From: Blasia pusilla
Lineage: Eukaryota
NCBI GenBank assembly: GCA_050084515.1
Contig: CM114271.1
Span: 42,346,001-42,410,000 of the forward strand
Length of the DNA stretch: 64,000 nt
Direction of reading: 5' to 3'
Shown here in pieces: positions 39,086 through 50,414 of the stretch. Made by a program: the position numbers and the translations under genes. The notes below the pieces were generated by a model that saw only the letters and a program-made list of their open reading frames with translations, searched no databases and was not told the DNA's origin. Each line of letters opens with the position of its first letter. The stretch's first letter is position 1.

Positions 39086-39564
39086 AAAAATAAAGAGTAG
39101 TAAAAACGGCACACCCGGCCTAAAACTCCACTCCTCACTCTACATCGGCATATCAAGCCTCGTCCACCCTGTGCTATCAAGGAATTCGGACGCTAGCATC
39201 CTAGTCCTAGCTCACACACATACAAGGGAGGTGCTCCAACGGTCCAACATGAGAAAGATGGCTTAGGAAAGCCATCTTCCTCTCTTATGTAGGGTAGGGA
39301 AGAGCAAAAGGCTCTTCCCCTAAAAATAGCCTTTCCCTTGGTAACCTGCGCACACAGGTTACCAGGGGCGGGTGACCTGGTCAACAAGTCACCCGGCTGT
39401 AAAAGACCTCAACGTGAAAGTTGTCAGAAACGACGTTCCTGACACAATGGACCTATCCTCAACCTCATCCGACACCGTGGGACAAAGTTACACTCAAGAT
39501 AGTCCGGTGGCTCCTACGCCCTATCCATGATAGATCTCGGCCTATCGGCTACTCAGATGTGACA
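39086..39564 (-). repeat. 5' terminal repeat A1 (479 bp) containing the promoter
   Basis: Copy of 30279-30756; starts TGTCAC; TACATAA at 39291-39285. Confidence 0.95.
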
Positions 39565-41461
39565 TCTCACATTTTGATGTATTGTAGTTCCATGATATGA
39601 ACGGGCTATCTACAAGGGAATAAACACAAAAAATCCATTATGGAAAATTTTATATTTTGAAATAATGCCAACCCTTTAGTCCACAATGGACAGGAGCTAG
39701 AGATAGAGGGGGTTACATGTTAGTACGTCGCGGATGTAAGATCGTGGGATGTAAACATTTACATCACATATCTCTTTCCCGCTTGCAAAGATTTGGCATA
39801 AGTAATGACTACATGATGAAGGGTAATAAACTTGGATATGAAACTATTACAAATGGCATAGGGAGGATAAGATTCAATTTTCACTAGAGTATGGTCCACT
39901 CGATTGGAATCACCCAAATGGATAGATCCACACTAGCCACAACATTGGATCAAACTAAAAGTACTTGGGCACACAAATATCCACTTATCTAGTTAGGAGA
40001 GAGCAGGCATATAACTAGTGACTAGAATATGGCTTCCTACATAGTTGTAACTTACATGAAGTTCTAAGGCGTGAACAACGACGACGTTGCTACCTCGCGC
40101 GGTCTAATATAGCTAGCAATTGAGATATTCTAACAAAAAAATAAAATTTTGTTACAATATGGCGCTGCTCATAGACCATAGAAACAATAAAATACTCAAA
40201 GTTCGCTTTGCTCTTACCCTCAATCAACGTCCCTCTAACATAGTAACAACAAATGAATAGTATCCATATAGAAGACACACACCAATAAGAGTGAGTAAAA
40301 TAAAACCAATGCTCTCAATATGCGGAAGCCTAAATGAGAATATGTGCTTCGGATGCATCCTAAGTACATTGTACTAAGAGGTGTAGGTGAGAAATATGGT
40401 ACAATGCATTATGTCCAAGTGGTTGGTTATTGTTACAAGTAATACGAGGAGATATGAATGCAATAAAATTTTCGCTCCAAAACAATCATAACATTACCAA
40501 CATAATAAATGAATCCTGCATGAGCGCTTACGATTAGGTAAATATGAAGTGGTTGTTAACAGAAAAATATAATGCCATGATAAAGATGCGAAAAATTAAA
40601 ATTAACAATGGATGAGATGATGTGCATAATACTGAGACAAGATAAGTGGATAATAATATGATTGCTCTTGTGGGCGGCAATGGTAAATAGTGTAGAGCTC
40701 TTATGAAAGAAAATAGAACAAAATTTAGAGAAAGACAACAACTTGAATAGATGCGCAAAAGGAGTATTCAGCCATGTGTTTTTAAGTCATGGAGACGCTC
40801 GTCAATAGAATATATACCCCCTGAACATACATGGCCAAAGTTATTGCCCCGAACCTTGAATTGGTGAAGTTTTTTTGAAAATATGATAGAGGAACTAGCA
40901 TCCGTCACATGAGATTAAAAAAATACCAATCTAGAGACTAGTTTTTTCACTTGCGTGCATACACAGAGTATTCTAATATTGAGAAGCATGAACGACGTTG
41001 AAATAGGTAAGAAACCCGAACTAGAGATTGGTGGACAACCTCTTAAAAGAAGCACCCATAGATACGCCACAGGTCACAACAAGCGCGAAAGACGCTTATA
41101 CAAGTAAGCAACTCGGACTACAGATTGGTGGACAACCTCTTAAAGTATTGCTCATCCAGAAGAAAAGAATGGGCCCGCCATCTACTTGAGCAGATACGTA
41201 ATACACTACGGAAGTGAATGGAATTGAAAAACATTGCAATGGTACATCAATGACCCAAGAAACTAACAAGAATCATCGCCATCCACTTGGGCACATAAAG
41301 AGACATGCATCTAATCTCGTTGTCCTCCTGCTCATCATAAGAAACTCAAGCAATCGTAGCTTCGTCCAATCTCAGAATATCATGGCAGGCACTCGAGGCA
41401 AAGAATGCACTAAACCGACCAACCCACCCAATCGAGGGCTAAAGTGTAATGCCAACCGGAC

Positions 41462-42094
41462 TATCACGTTTGTTAGGATAGATCGACGAGATCTAGTAGA
41501 GTGCCTTCAAAGATACTAGAGGACATCCTCAAGAGGTTGAGGATGACCTGATAAGGCTACAGATAACTTGAAAGAGCAGGTTTTTTCTTCGTTTTGGCTC
41601 ATTTGGATCCATATTGAGGAACTTAATATTTCAGGAAATTTACCATTCTTGGTATGGTTGATTTTCCATTTTGGGAAGTTGACCCGCTATAGTAAGTCAA
41701 GAGCCAAGGAGGTGACATATGAGCAAAGGTTACCGTGGAGAGAGTTTGGGAGAGGGAAGGGGGTATACCTCCAAGAGAGAGAGCTTGAGAGCTCATTCTC
41801 TCTTTGTTGAACCTCTTAGCATGAGGCGGCGGAGCAATGGTCCTTCTTGCCTTGTGTGTGTAACCCAAGCCTCTCAATAAGGGAGTGGGTTTGGTTTGAC
41901 ATGAGAGAGCAAAAGAGATAGTGCACACCATGGAGAGCTTGTTGTGAGAGAGATTTGACTGATTTGATTAGAGATATTTTGGTACTTCTCATCTCGTTGT
42001 GTGGATTCCATGAGTTAGCATGAGATCGTACATGTTTGTGTGTATGTTCGGTGACAACGATGTATATTGTGTAGCGATGTGTATGCACACGACT
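41462..42094 (+). repeat. Diverged solo A+B terminal unit related to the DNMT-Gypsy family
   Basis: Starts TATCACG..CGAGATCTA (cf. TGTCACA..CGAGATCTA), contains GAGGTTGAGGAT, ends GTAGCGATGTGTATGCACACGAC (cf. GTAGCGATATGTATGCGCACGACA); length similar to A+B. Confidence 0.55.
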
Positions 42095-45000
42095 TGACCC
42101 ATGTCGTTCCCGCGTTGTCTCCCCCTCAAACCCCCAAGTGACCAGAGTATATATCGCGCAAGGAGTGTTGCTCTCGTAGGTCATGTGGCACTAGGGTTTG
42201 TCTTTTCCAGATCGTTTCCAACGGTGAGGAATCCGCAAATAAGATTGTGAGCTGATGTGTACCACCGCATAGGAGACTGCGAAGGAACTCTCGGTGTGCC
42301 TCTATGCAGCGTCTGCGGCAAATGTATCAGAGTAGTTGGGGCCGTAAAAAATATGTATGGAAGAATCTACATTCCAACATACAAATAAAGTAATAAAATA
42401 TCATATGCATGGAAACTAAAATAATAAGGGTTATTCTACTTAGATAGTATTTTAAAACCTATATTTTAAAACATATTGGAATTATTAGTCTTTTAATAAT
42501 ACTATTTAAGTTCCTTCTGCTGTGTCATACAACCAAAACTCCATGTTATGATTATAACATCCATTATACTCTTACATGACAAATATTCTACAAATATAGA
42601 ATATGCCTTGTAGGAAATTATGAGTTCCTTGAAAAACTCTCAAGAAAATAAATTCATATCACGAACCATAGATGATAAATACGGAAAAAATATACGGAAG
42701 CACGGACAAATTATGTTTTGGTGGCACAGGTTTCTCCAATATTATATTACATTTTCAAATTCCCAGTCGTACAACTTCAGTCGCTCTAAAAAATTAAAGT
42801 CATACAACGAATAAGCATTAAATGCGAGATTGGCTATTTTACGAAAAAAAGACAAAAATAAGCGCTAAAACCAAGTGTCGCCGTTCAGGGCGACCCTTTG
42901 GGTGGAGTGTTTAATTTCGCCTGTAGCTGCTGTGGCATTTTCGTCCAAAATTGGACGACAATGCCACAGCAGTTAGGGTCATCATTAGCCCCCTTCATGA
43001 GGACTCTACGCGATAGGGCCGAAGGGGTGGAACTCGCTAAATTGCAACTCCATCGAAGTTTATGACCCGTTTCAACGCTAACGTTTAGCACATTCAACTA
43101 TTATTTAGCACTAGTTCAATGGTCCGGGGACGTGGAAAACTTATTATAGGGAATTTATTAAATTTATTATAGATAATTTGAATTAAAGAAATGTACGTAA
43201 TAGAAGACGCTAATAAGTTTCCAAAATAAAGTGAATTTTCACCGTCAAATGGACATATAGTATTCAGATGGCCACTTACATTCCTCAAGAGATAGACTAT
43301 CAATCTGGTAAGAAATTTTCATTTTATCCATGTATCAAAATTTTGGGTGTCCTATGCTCTTTCTCCCTCTTTGTTTTAGAAATTTCTTGTGTCCTCTCAC
43401 ACTAATATTGATGCAATTTATCCTCAACCGTAGCTTGGATCATCGATATTCCAAGCCAACCAAAAGTGTGTCATCACGAGACTAATAATATTCAATCATA
43501 AAATGCATGGGAAATAAAAAAATGTTTGAAGAATTAGTGTATAATCTCGTATAGGGAAGAGATTAATAATGTTACACATAATTTCAAATTTTTTTTCTTG
43601 TTGACCGTAATATGTGAGATATTTGCTCGTTGTCCATTGTCATGTATCAAACACTCTCTTAATTAAAAAAAATTAATAGACGTTTGGTCATAGATGGGAG
43701 GACTCGTCAAAGTACAAGAAGTGGGAAGTAGAAAGTAAAAAACTCCAAAATGATAACCCTAAAAGATACAAGAGTGGAAACCCTGGAAGGTTACCATAGG
43801 ATGATACATGGTGACATTATCGCACAAGTTAGCACAACGCTTTTGTATTAAAAAAAAGCCTAATTTTTTCTTTTCTATTTGCATATAAATAGCTGGCAAC
43901 TGAATAGTAAAGTTAGGAACCGGGCGGGATGGGACTCTCAATTTAACCTCGGCTGTGGGTTTGGGAATTTCATCTAACTCAATTAATAAACCAAAGAGTG
44001 TGGCCTAAGATATCCACGATTCCAAGGGCTTACCACGCGACACATTTAACGAGTGTCCTAAACACATTTAACTTCAACTCCTACAACACATTTAACCTCA
44101 ACTCGGAGTATATCCGGCGGTTTTATGGAGACATTTGACAGATCCAACTGTGTATCATAAATTCTAGACCTTGATTTCCACTGCCTCGCATTTTTCGTCC
44201 CAATTTCCAACTAAAATGCTTCATATTTGGCAGATTTCCCACCTTCGTACAGTTTCCGATTGGAAAGGTTTGTTTCGGGATTCGTGTATTGTCTAACGGT
44301 AGTATTGAACCCACAATTTAATTTTCGGAGAAAACATTTTGGATTCCTCTCGATCGCGTCGAAAACGGACCCGGCCATATATGACTGGAAGCGATGGGCC
44401 GTTGGAAGGTTGACTGTTACGTAAACCTGACCCAACTGCTGACGTGGATCTCGGCGGTCGAGCCCCTGTGGCCGACGCCCCTCCCGATCACATACGTAGA
44501 GGTATAATAAGGCGTCTTATACTAGGGTCTGTTAGGGTCGCGACGTCAGATGGTGGCTCGGCTGTAAAAGACGGACGGGGACTTTTACGTATCGGGGAGA
44601 TTCATTTTGTTAGTAGATGGTTGTAAGTGTTAGTTACGAGTGTTTTTGTGATGCAACGCCGTGGGTTGCATGTAGCGGGAGTCTCGGAACCCGCAAAGCA
44701 TCTCATTCGTTGCAAGTGCAACCTCCACACTAAGCCACACAGTAAACAAGCATTCCACATATGGGGTTGAAAAATGCAATAGGGCGTCTCAGAGTTTGTC
44801 TGTAGGGGCGGACGTCAGAGTCCGTAACTCCCCTTTACGTCCAAATGCCGTTTGGAGTGCGGGGCGCCGTTGGAGGTGGACGCACACCCCTTTATGTCCC
44901 GTGCTGAATCCGACGTCTCGTGAGTCAGTCTTGCACAAAGCGCCTGAACCTCCCCGTGCCCTTCCCAACTCGGCTGGTGCTAAGACAAGTATGCACTCCT

Positions 45001-45737
45001 CTTGTGTTGGCTCGGAAGTGCTTGCTGTCTGATTCGGATGCTCCCAGGATAAGGACGTGGGCACCTGATTGAGCTCCTGCTTTGCTGAACGACGTGTTTT
45101 GCTTTTGCTGCTTTGCTGAACGATGTGCACTGCTCTGCTGCGAGTTTAGCCTGATACTTCACTTCCCGTACTACATATCAGGTGGGGTGGGATTTCTAGA
45201 TCCGCACACAAGGTGGCAATTGACAATCGTTGCAGCATGCTTGGTTTCCAATGCTTGTGGAGACCCTAGAAATCAGTATTCGTAGGCCAACAATTCCCAA
45301 AGTCTAATTTGGCTGCTCCCAGGAGAACGATGTGGGCAGCCCCTTTTAGAGTTGGTGCTTTGCTGATGCTTTGCTGCTATACTGTGATTTTTCCCCAATC
45401 ACATCCCGTACTACATTTCAGGTGGGATTTCTAGATCTTCGTATAAGGCCAAAGAAAATTCAGGTACCAAATCAGACTTCACTACCTTCAGAGAGAGAGC
45501 CGCTCTTGAGTTAGTACCCCGCCCCATTCTCTCCTGCTGACCTAGATTTTTTTGTCCATACTGAACCTACATCTTCTTGTGGGTTGCAGAGATTATCTAG
45601 GAATTGGTTATCGCTGAATAAGTTGATGTGCAAGTTCTGATCAATCTGATCACTTCTACTTCGCAAATTTTGACCATGTTTGGTGAAAGCTTTGTTAAAT
45701 TCTGAATTCAGAGCTACATTCAAGTCCACTCAAAACC

Positions 45738-47187
45738 ATGCCCAGATTTTCGGAGAGGCAAGACCTCCTTCGAACCATAGAGAACCTCCTAGAAATGGAG
45801 ATTGTATTCTTGGATAGCTCAGATAATGAAGCAGGGACAGATGCTGCTCTCCTTTCAAACGAGAGTGAGTGGGATGTAGATGACATGGAACTCGATACAC
45901 TTGATGAATCTCCACATCTAGAACAATTTGAGGAGTCTGAAGTGGGCTCTCACCTCATGGATCTTTATATGTGCGTGCTACACACTAGGTATCTCAATCC
46001 AAGAGAACAAATCAATAAGAGTACAGACTTTGTAGAAAACTACTTCCTTGACCTGCCCCCTAACGGCTTCCGTCAATTGACTCGCATGAACATGGAGTCC
46101 TTTACTCGCTTGGTTCACTTGATAGAGGACCATCCTATCTTCATTTCCCCTTTAGGTAGGGAACAAGTCCCGGTTCCGATCCAGTTGGCAGTAGCATTAG
46201 ACAGATTTGGACACAATGGGAATGGAGTTTCTTATGCACGTTCACTATTATTGTGGGGAGTGTCTGAAGGATCTATCCACAACTTTATGCTCCGTTGCAT
46301 GACGGCATTGGAGGATAGGTTAGGAAATCAAATCACATGGCCAGATCAAGCTGAGCGTGAGCGCATCTCCTGTGAATTTTCCAAGAAAGGTTTTCACCAC
46401 TGTGTGGGCCTCATAGATGGGACCTTGCTGCCCTTGAGCCAACGACCAAAGTACAGTGGTGAGACTTACTACGATCGTAAGTCACGGTACTCAATAAATG
46501 CTCAAGTTGTGTGCGATGATAGGAGGAGAATCATCTTCATTTTCACTGGTGAGTCTTCATTTGTTTTTTATCCTTTCCTCTTATTGTGACCTCTTTGATC
46601 CAGTTTATACAATAACTCACCATGTCAGTGTTGTCCTTATTGCATGTATGCCGGGGTCATGCCACGACTTCACTTGCTTAAAGCGTTCACCATTGTGGGG
46701 TTTGATGGGAAGTCGGTCAGTCTTTGGACAAGATGAGTATTTACTCGGTGATTCTGGTTATTCACCACTTTCTCACCTTGTTCCAGCTTACAAGGGCTCT
46801 GGAGAAAAAGATGTTGAAGACTTTAATGCATGCCTTGCACATGCACGCGTGATCAATGAACACTGCATTGGAGTGCTGAAGTCGAGGTGGCATTCGTTGC
46901 GAGAACTTCGCACTCAATTGAAATGCAACCATAATAATACCCACTTGGTGAGATGGATCACTTGTTGTGCTATACTGCACAACTACGTATTGAACCAAAG
47001 GGATTTTTGGACTGAAGAAGATGGGCCCATTGTCGTGGACAACCCGGACGAGAACGCCTCGACAAGGGACCACATCACCGGCAATAATTTGAGGCGGATG
47101 GGACTTAGTCGTAAATCGCAAGTGCAAGAGGCATGTTTACAATTCAATCGACAACCAGGGGGTTTGCTTTGTAGGGCAGGGAGTTGA
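45738..47187 (+). CDS. PIF/Harbinger DDE transposase; exons 45738-46548 and 46646-47187
   Basis: GLIDGT, YSINAQVVCD, PGSCHD, LLGDSGY, NEHCIGVLKSRW. The GTGAGT donor joins in phase, but the acceptor reads CAT instead of CAG. Confidence 0.88.
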
Positions 47188-47874
47188 AGTTCAGGATTTA
47201 GGCCTAAGAGTTTGAGGAGATTGTTTGGAGACATTGCTCAAGAATCTTTCTCAGTTACAGATGTGTCTACCATCTAGCGCAATTGGCAGATTAGGATTGG
47301 CTTTAAGAGTAGTTCTAGCATGTAATCTATACAACACTTTTGGAAATAAAATTTTGACACTCATTTATAATCTTGGGTTTGTAATGATTTAGCATCCACT
47401 AAACTACTGTGAGAGCTTTCAAGGCAAGTAGACCCTACATTGTGTGGTGATTTGATGATTCATGTCAAGAAAGGTAATTGTTGTTGCTGTAGAAACAACC
47501 CACTCGAGGTGACCAATGGAGGGTATTACATATAAAGAAACTTCTTCACGCTCACTTCATTCACTACTAGGCTACAACAGGCACTACTTGATGAGTAAAG
47601 TCTATGTTGTTCAGTTGGTAGCACCAGACTCCTTCATCCATTTCAAAACCATACATTCACAACCCAAAGGCTCTACGTTGGAAGTATCGTACATGGCAGC
47701 TAGTGTCCCAAAGACCTTCATGGACACCTTCCAGCTTCACACCAACACTCAGTATGGTCAGCACTCACATGATGTGAGTGCTCACCATATCTTGTATTAA
47801 ACCTCCTTTTTTTCTTCCTCTCTAACTCTGTCACTCAAGGGCCATGGGTCTCACTTTGCTGAGGACATCTCATT

Positions 47875-48975
47875 AGAAACCTGAAGGAGCCACCTAAAGG
47901 ACTCTGCTTTACAAGTAGTAGGTGACTTGACCGCTGTTTCATAAGCCCAATGAGCCCTCATTACCATATCATTTCACCATGATAAATTGGGACTAGAACA
48001 ACATTTATATGGTTATCTTCCTCTACAATGGTCGAAAGCATAAGCTCTATAATTCATGTCTCAGTGCAACTCTTGAGTGATGGCAAGAGTCATGGAAAGA
48101 AAACTCCAGATCATAGCTTCAAGTGAAACCAGATATCTCCCATCTCTGAAAAACAAGATATCTTAGAACTCAGTAGAAACGTGAAGGAGCCACCTAAAGG
48201 ACTCTGCTTTACAAGTAGTAGATAACCTGACCGCTGTTTCATAAGCCCAATGAGCCCTCATCACCAAACTCCTTCACCATGATAAATCGTGACTAGAACA
48301 GTTGTTAGGTGGTTATCTTCCTCACAAGCTGAATGTTCGCACCTTTTGGACTTGGTGATCTTGTCCTTAGTGCCTTCCTCAACTTCCTTGGCTCAGTTTC
48401 ACCCTATTACCTCTCCTAGGCTTCCTAAATGAGTATTTGATTTCTGTGAGAGATTCCAGATCAACTTCTCTCTGCAATGAAGTTCCATCATACACCCACT
48501 ATCCACCAGAGTCTAAATACTGAATACTGCTCCTCACTCCCATTTTAAGACACCAAGTTACATACAGATTCAGTGGGCCTTCCCACTCCAAGAAGAGGAA
48601 GGATGACTCAAAGGGAGAACTAGTGCAAGAAATGGAGAAGAAATCATACCCACCTTCGCATTTTGCCTCGCCTTAGTGGCAGCTTCTTTTAATCTTTTGT
48701 GTACACCTAAACTGAAGTGACACTTACTGAGAACAACCCAAGAGAGTGCAAGTTCATCCAAAGGGTCACCAAAGGGTGCTCTCAGGCTGAAACGACAAGT
48801 GGTAGATTGCACTGTGAAATCTCTCCATTTGACCAACGATCGAAAGCATAAGCTCTATGCATTCTGAGTCTCAGTGCAACTCTTGAGTGTCAGCAAGAGT
48901 CATGGAAATAAAACTCCAGATCATAGGTTCAAGTGAAACCAGATATCTCCCAGCTCTAAAGAACAAGATATCTCA
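47875..48975. repeat. Internal direct repeats of the Harbinger spacer (47875-48023 ~ 48175-48323; 48032-48165 ~ 48840-48975)
   Basis: GAAGGAGCCACCTAAAGGACTCTGCTTTACAAG and TCGAAAGCATAAGCTCTAT each occur twice. Confidence 0.85.
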
Positions 48976-49236
48976 CAACTGTGGAAAACAAATATCTCAT
49001 AGCTCTGACACCAGATATCTCACAGCTTTGAAAACAAGACTCATTGGAACCAGATAGGAACAAATTCTGAACTTTATCGACAATAGGAAAAAATTTTGAA
49101 CTTTATTGAGATATAGTACTTGAGTACAACACATCAAATTGCTCTCAGATGTGCATAGCATTTGTGTACACCTAAACTGAAGTCAACTTTACTGAACTTG
49201 ATAACTTGACTACTTTGTCAAATATGATTCTTCAAT

Positions 49237-50414
49237 TTAAGTCATCAAATCGACAATACTTTTAATATCTTCAGGTGATTTCCCTGCTTTGACGAGCTCA
49301 ATCATCAACTTTGTTCTTCCTTCTAGTTTTATGCGCTTCAAAGTTTCCTTCTCTAATCTTTCCTCAGCCTCTCTTACTGCTCTTCTCTCCTCTACCATGG
49401 CAAGTCTGAACCTTTCCTTTGACTCTAGAAGTGAATTCCTGAAATCTTGTTGGGACCTAGAGATTTCAGCTTTTTGCTTCAGACCCTCTTGATAAGCCGC
49501 CAACAAAGTGCTCTTCATACTTTGAGGTTGGGGACTGGAGGTCGGATTTGAGCTTGCTGACTTGCTCTTCCTCGTAGCTTGGGCAATTGTCCTTGATCCT
49601 TCTACACTTACTTGCTGATCTTGTTCAGTTGTCTGGTTGTTGTGCACCATGTGAACTGGTGGCATATCAATTGCTTGGTCCTCTTCATCTGTCGGGACCG
49701 TCCATTCGTGCTGAAGACAACCATCATTCAAGAACTTGTCGTCAACCTGGCTATCAAGGCATTGGTGTCGAAGTTCAGGTGACGCTTGTAGAGTAGTACC
49801 TGAATCGGTGGTCTGTTCTTGAGCAGATTCGAGATACCGATGTTGGAGATGAAAAATGCTGCAATCCAAGGGCAGCAAGGGTAGGGGGGTCAACGTTGGC
49901 TCGATGTCCAAAGATTGCATCCATTCGATAGAAGAATGGGCATCGTAGATTCAGCTTGTCTTCTAGTGTCAATCCAACAGCAATATCACCTGTCCAAGCC
50001 ACCCCTCTGAGTTGTAATGAGATCTTTGGCCTTCTTGTATGCTTGTACATACCTATCAAACTTCTTTTGCAAGACAATCCCAGTGACAGGTGGGAAGCCG
50101 GATTTTTGTAGATAGAGAGCTATAACTCCAAATGCGGTGGCTTTGGATTGTACTCTCCCTCCAATTTTAGTCTTCCGCCCAACACCATGCAATGCAGCAA
50201 AGTTCTCAGGTTCTTCACAGTATTCCACAATCTTCTCATAATCATTATATTGCATACGAAATCTCTCTATGTGACCAGTTTTCAGTGCAAGTGATCCTTG
50301 CATCTTGCTTGACGTCTTGGTGATCAGATGTCGGAAAGCCATACTATCGTGAGCAAGATTACTACTCTTCGGAGGCAGGTCTATCCAAGTGAGAACTCTT
50401 TCCTGCTCCTGCAC
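49237..50414 (-). pseudogene. Harbinger ORF2 (Myb/SANT-trihelix-like DNA-binding protein with C-terminal coiled coil), two frameshifts
   Basis: Three overlapping ORFs join to give LQKKFDRYVQAYKKAK...LNLRCPFFYRMDAIFG...EERRAVREAEERLEKE; lies inside the TIRs. Confidence 0.7.

Larger units (their letters stand above)
30141..39564 (-). mobile_element. Near-intact Ty3/Gypsy-type retroelement with DNMT3-like MTase, PHD-integrase and split terminal repeats (A-internal-B-A-B)
   Basis: On the minus strand it begins TGTCAC (39564) and ends ACGACA (30141). Domain order gag-PR-MTase-RT-RH-INT-PHD, with a few stops and frameshifts. No exact TSD. Confidence 0.92.

Noticed and set aside
38441-39087. 180-aa and 183-aa ORFs in the element leader
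   Set aside because: Stop-poor GC-rich tandem repeats with no domain similarity.
30141-39564. Classification as a DIRS/Ngaro/PAT element because of the split repeats
   Set aside because: No tyrosine-recombinase motifs seen; it has an aspartic protease, Gypsy-type RT/RH, a DDE integrase and TG..CA ends.
30136-39569. 5-bp TSD for the MTase-Gypsy element
   Set aside because: Flanks are TTTCC and TCTCA; at best a 3-bp TCC/TCT match, not enough to call.
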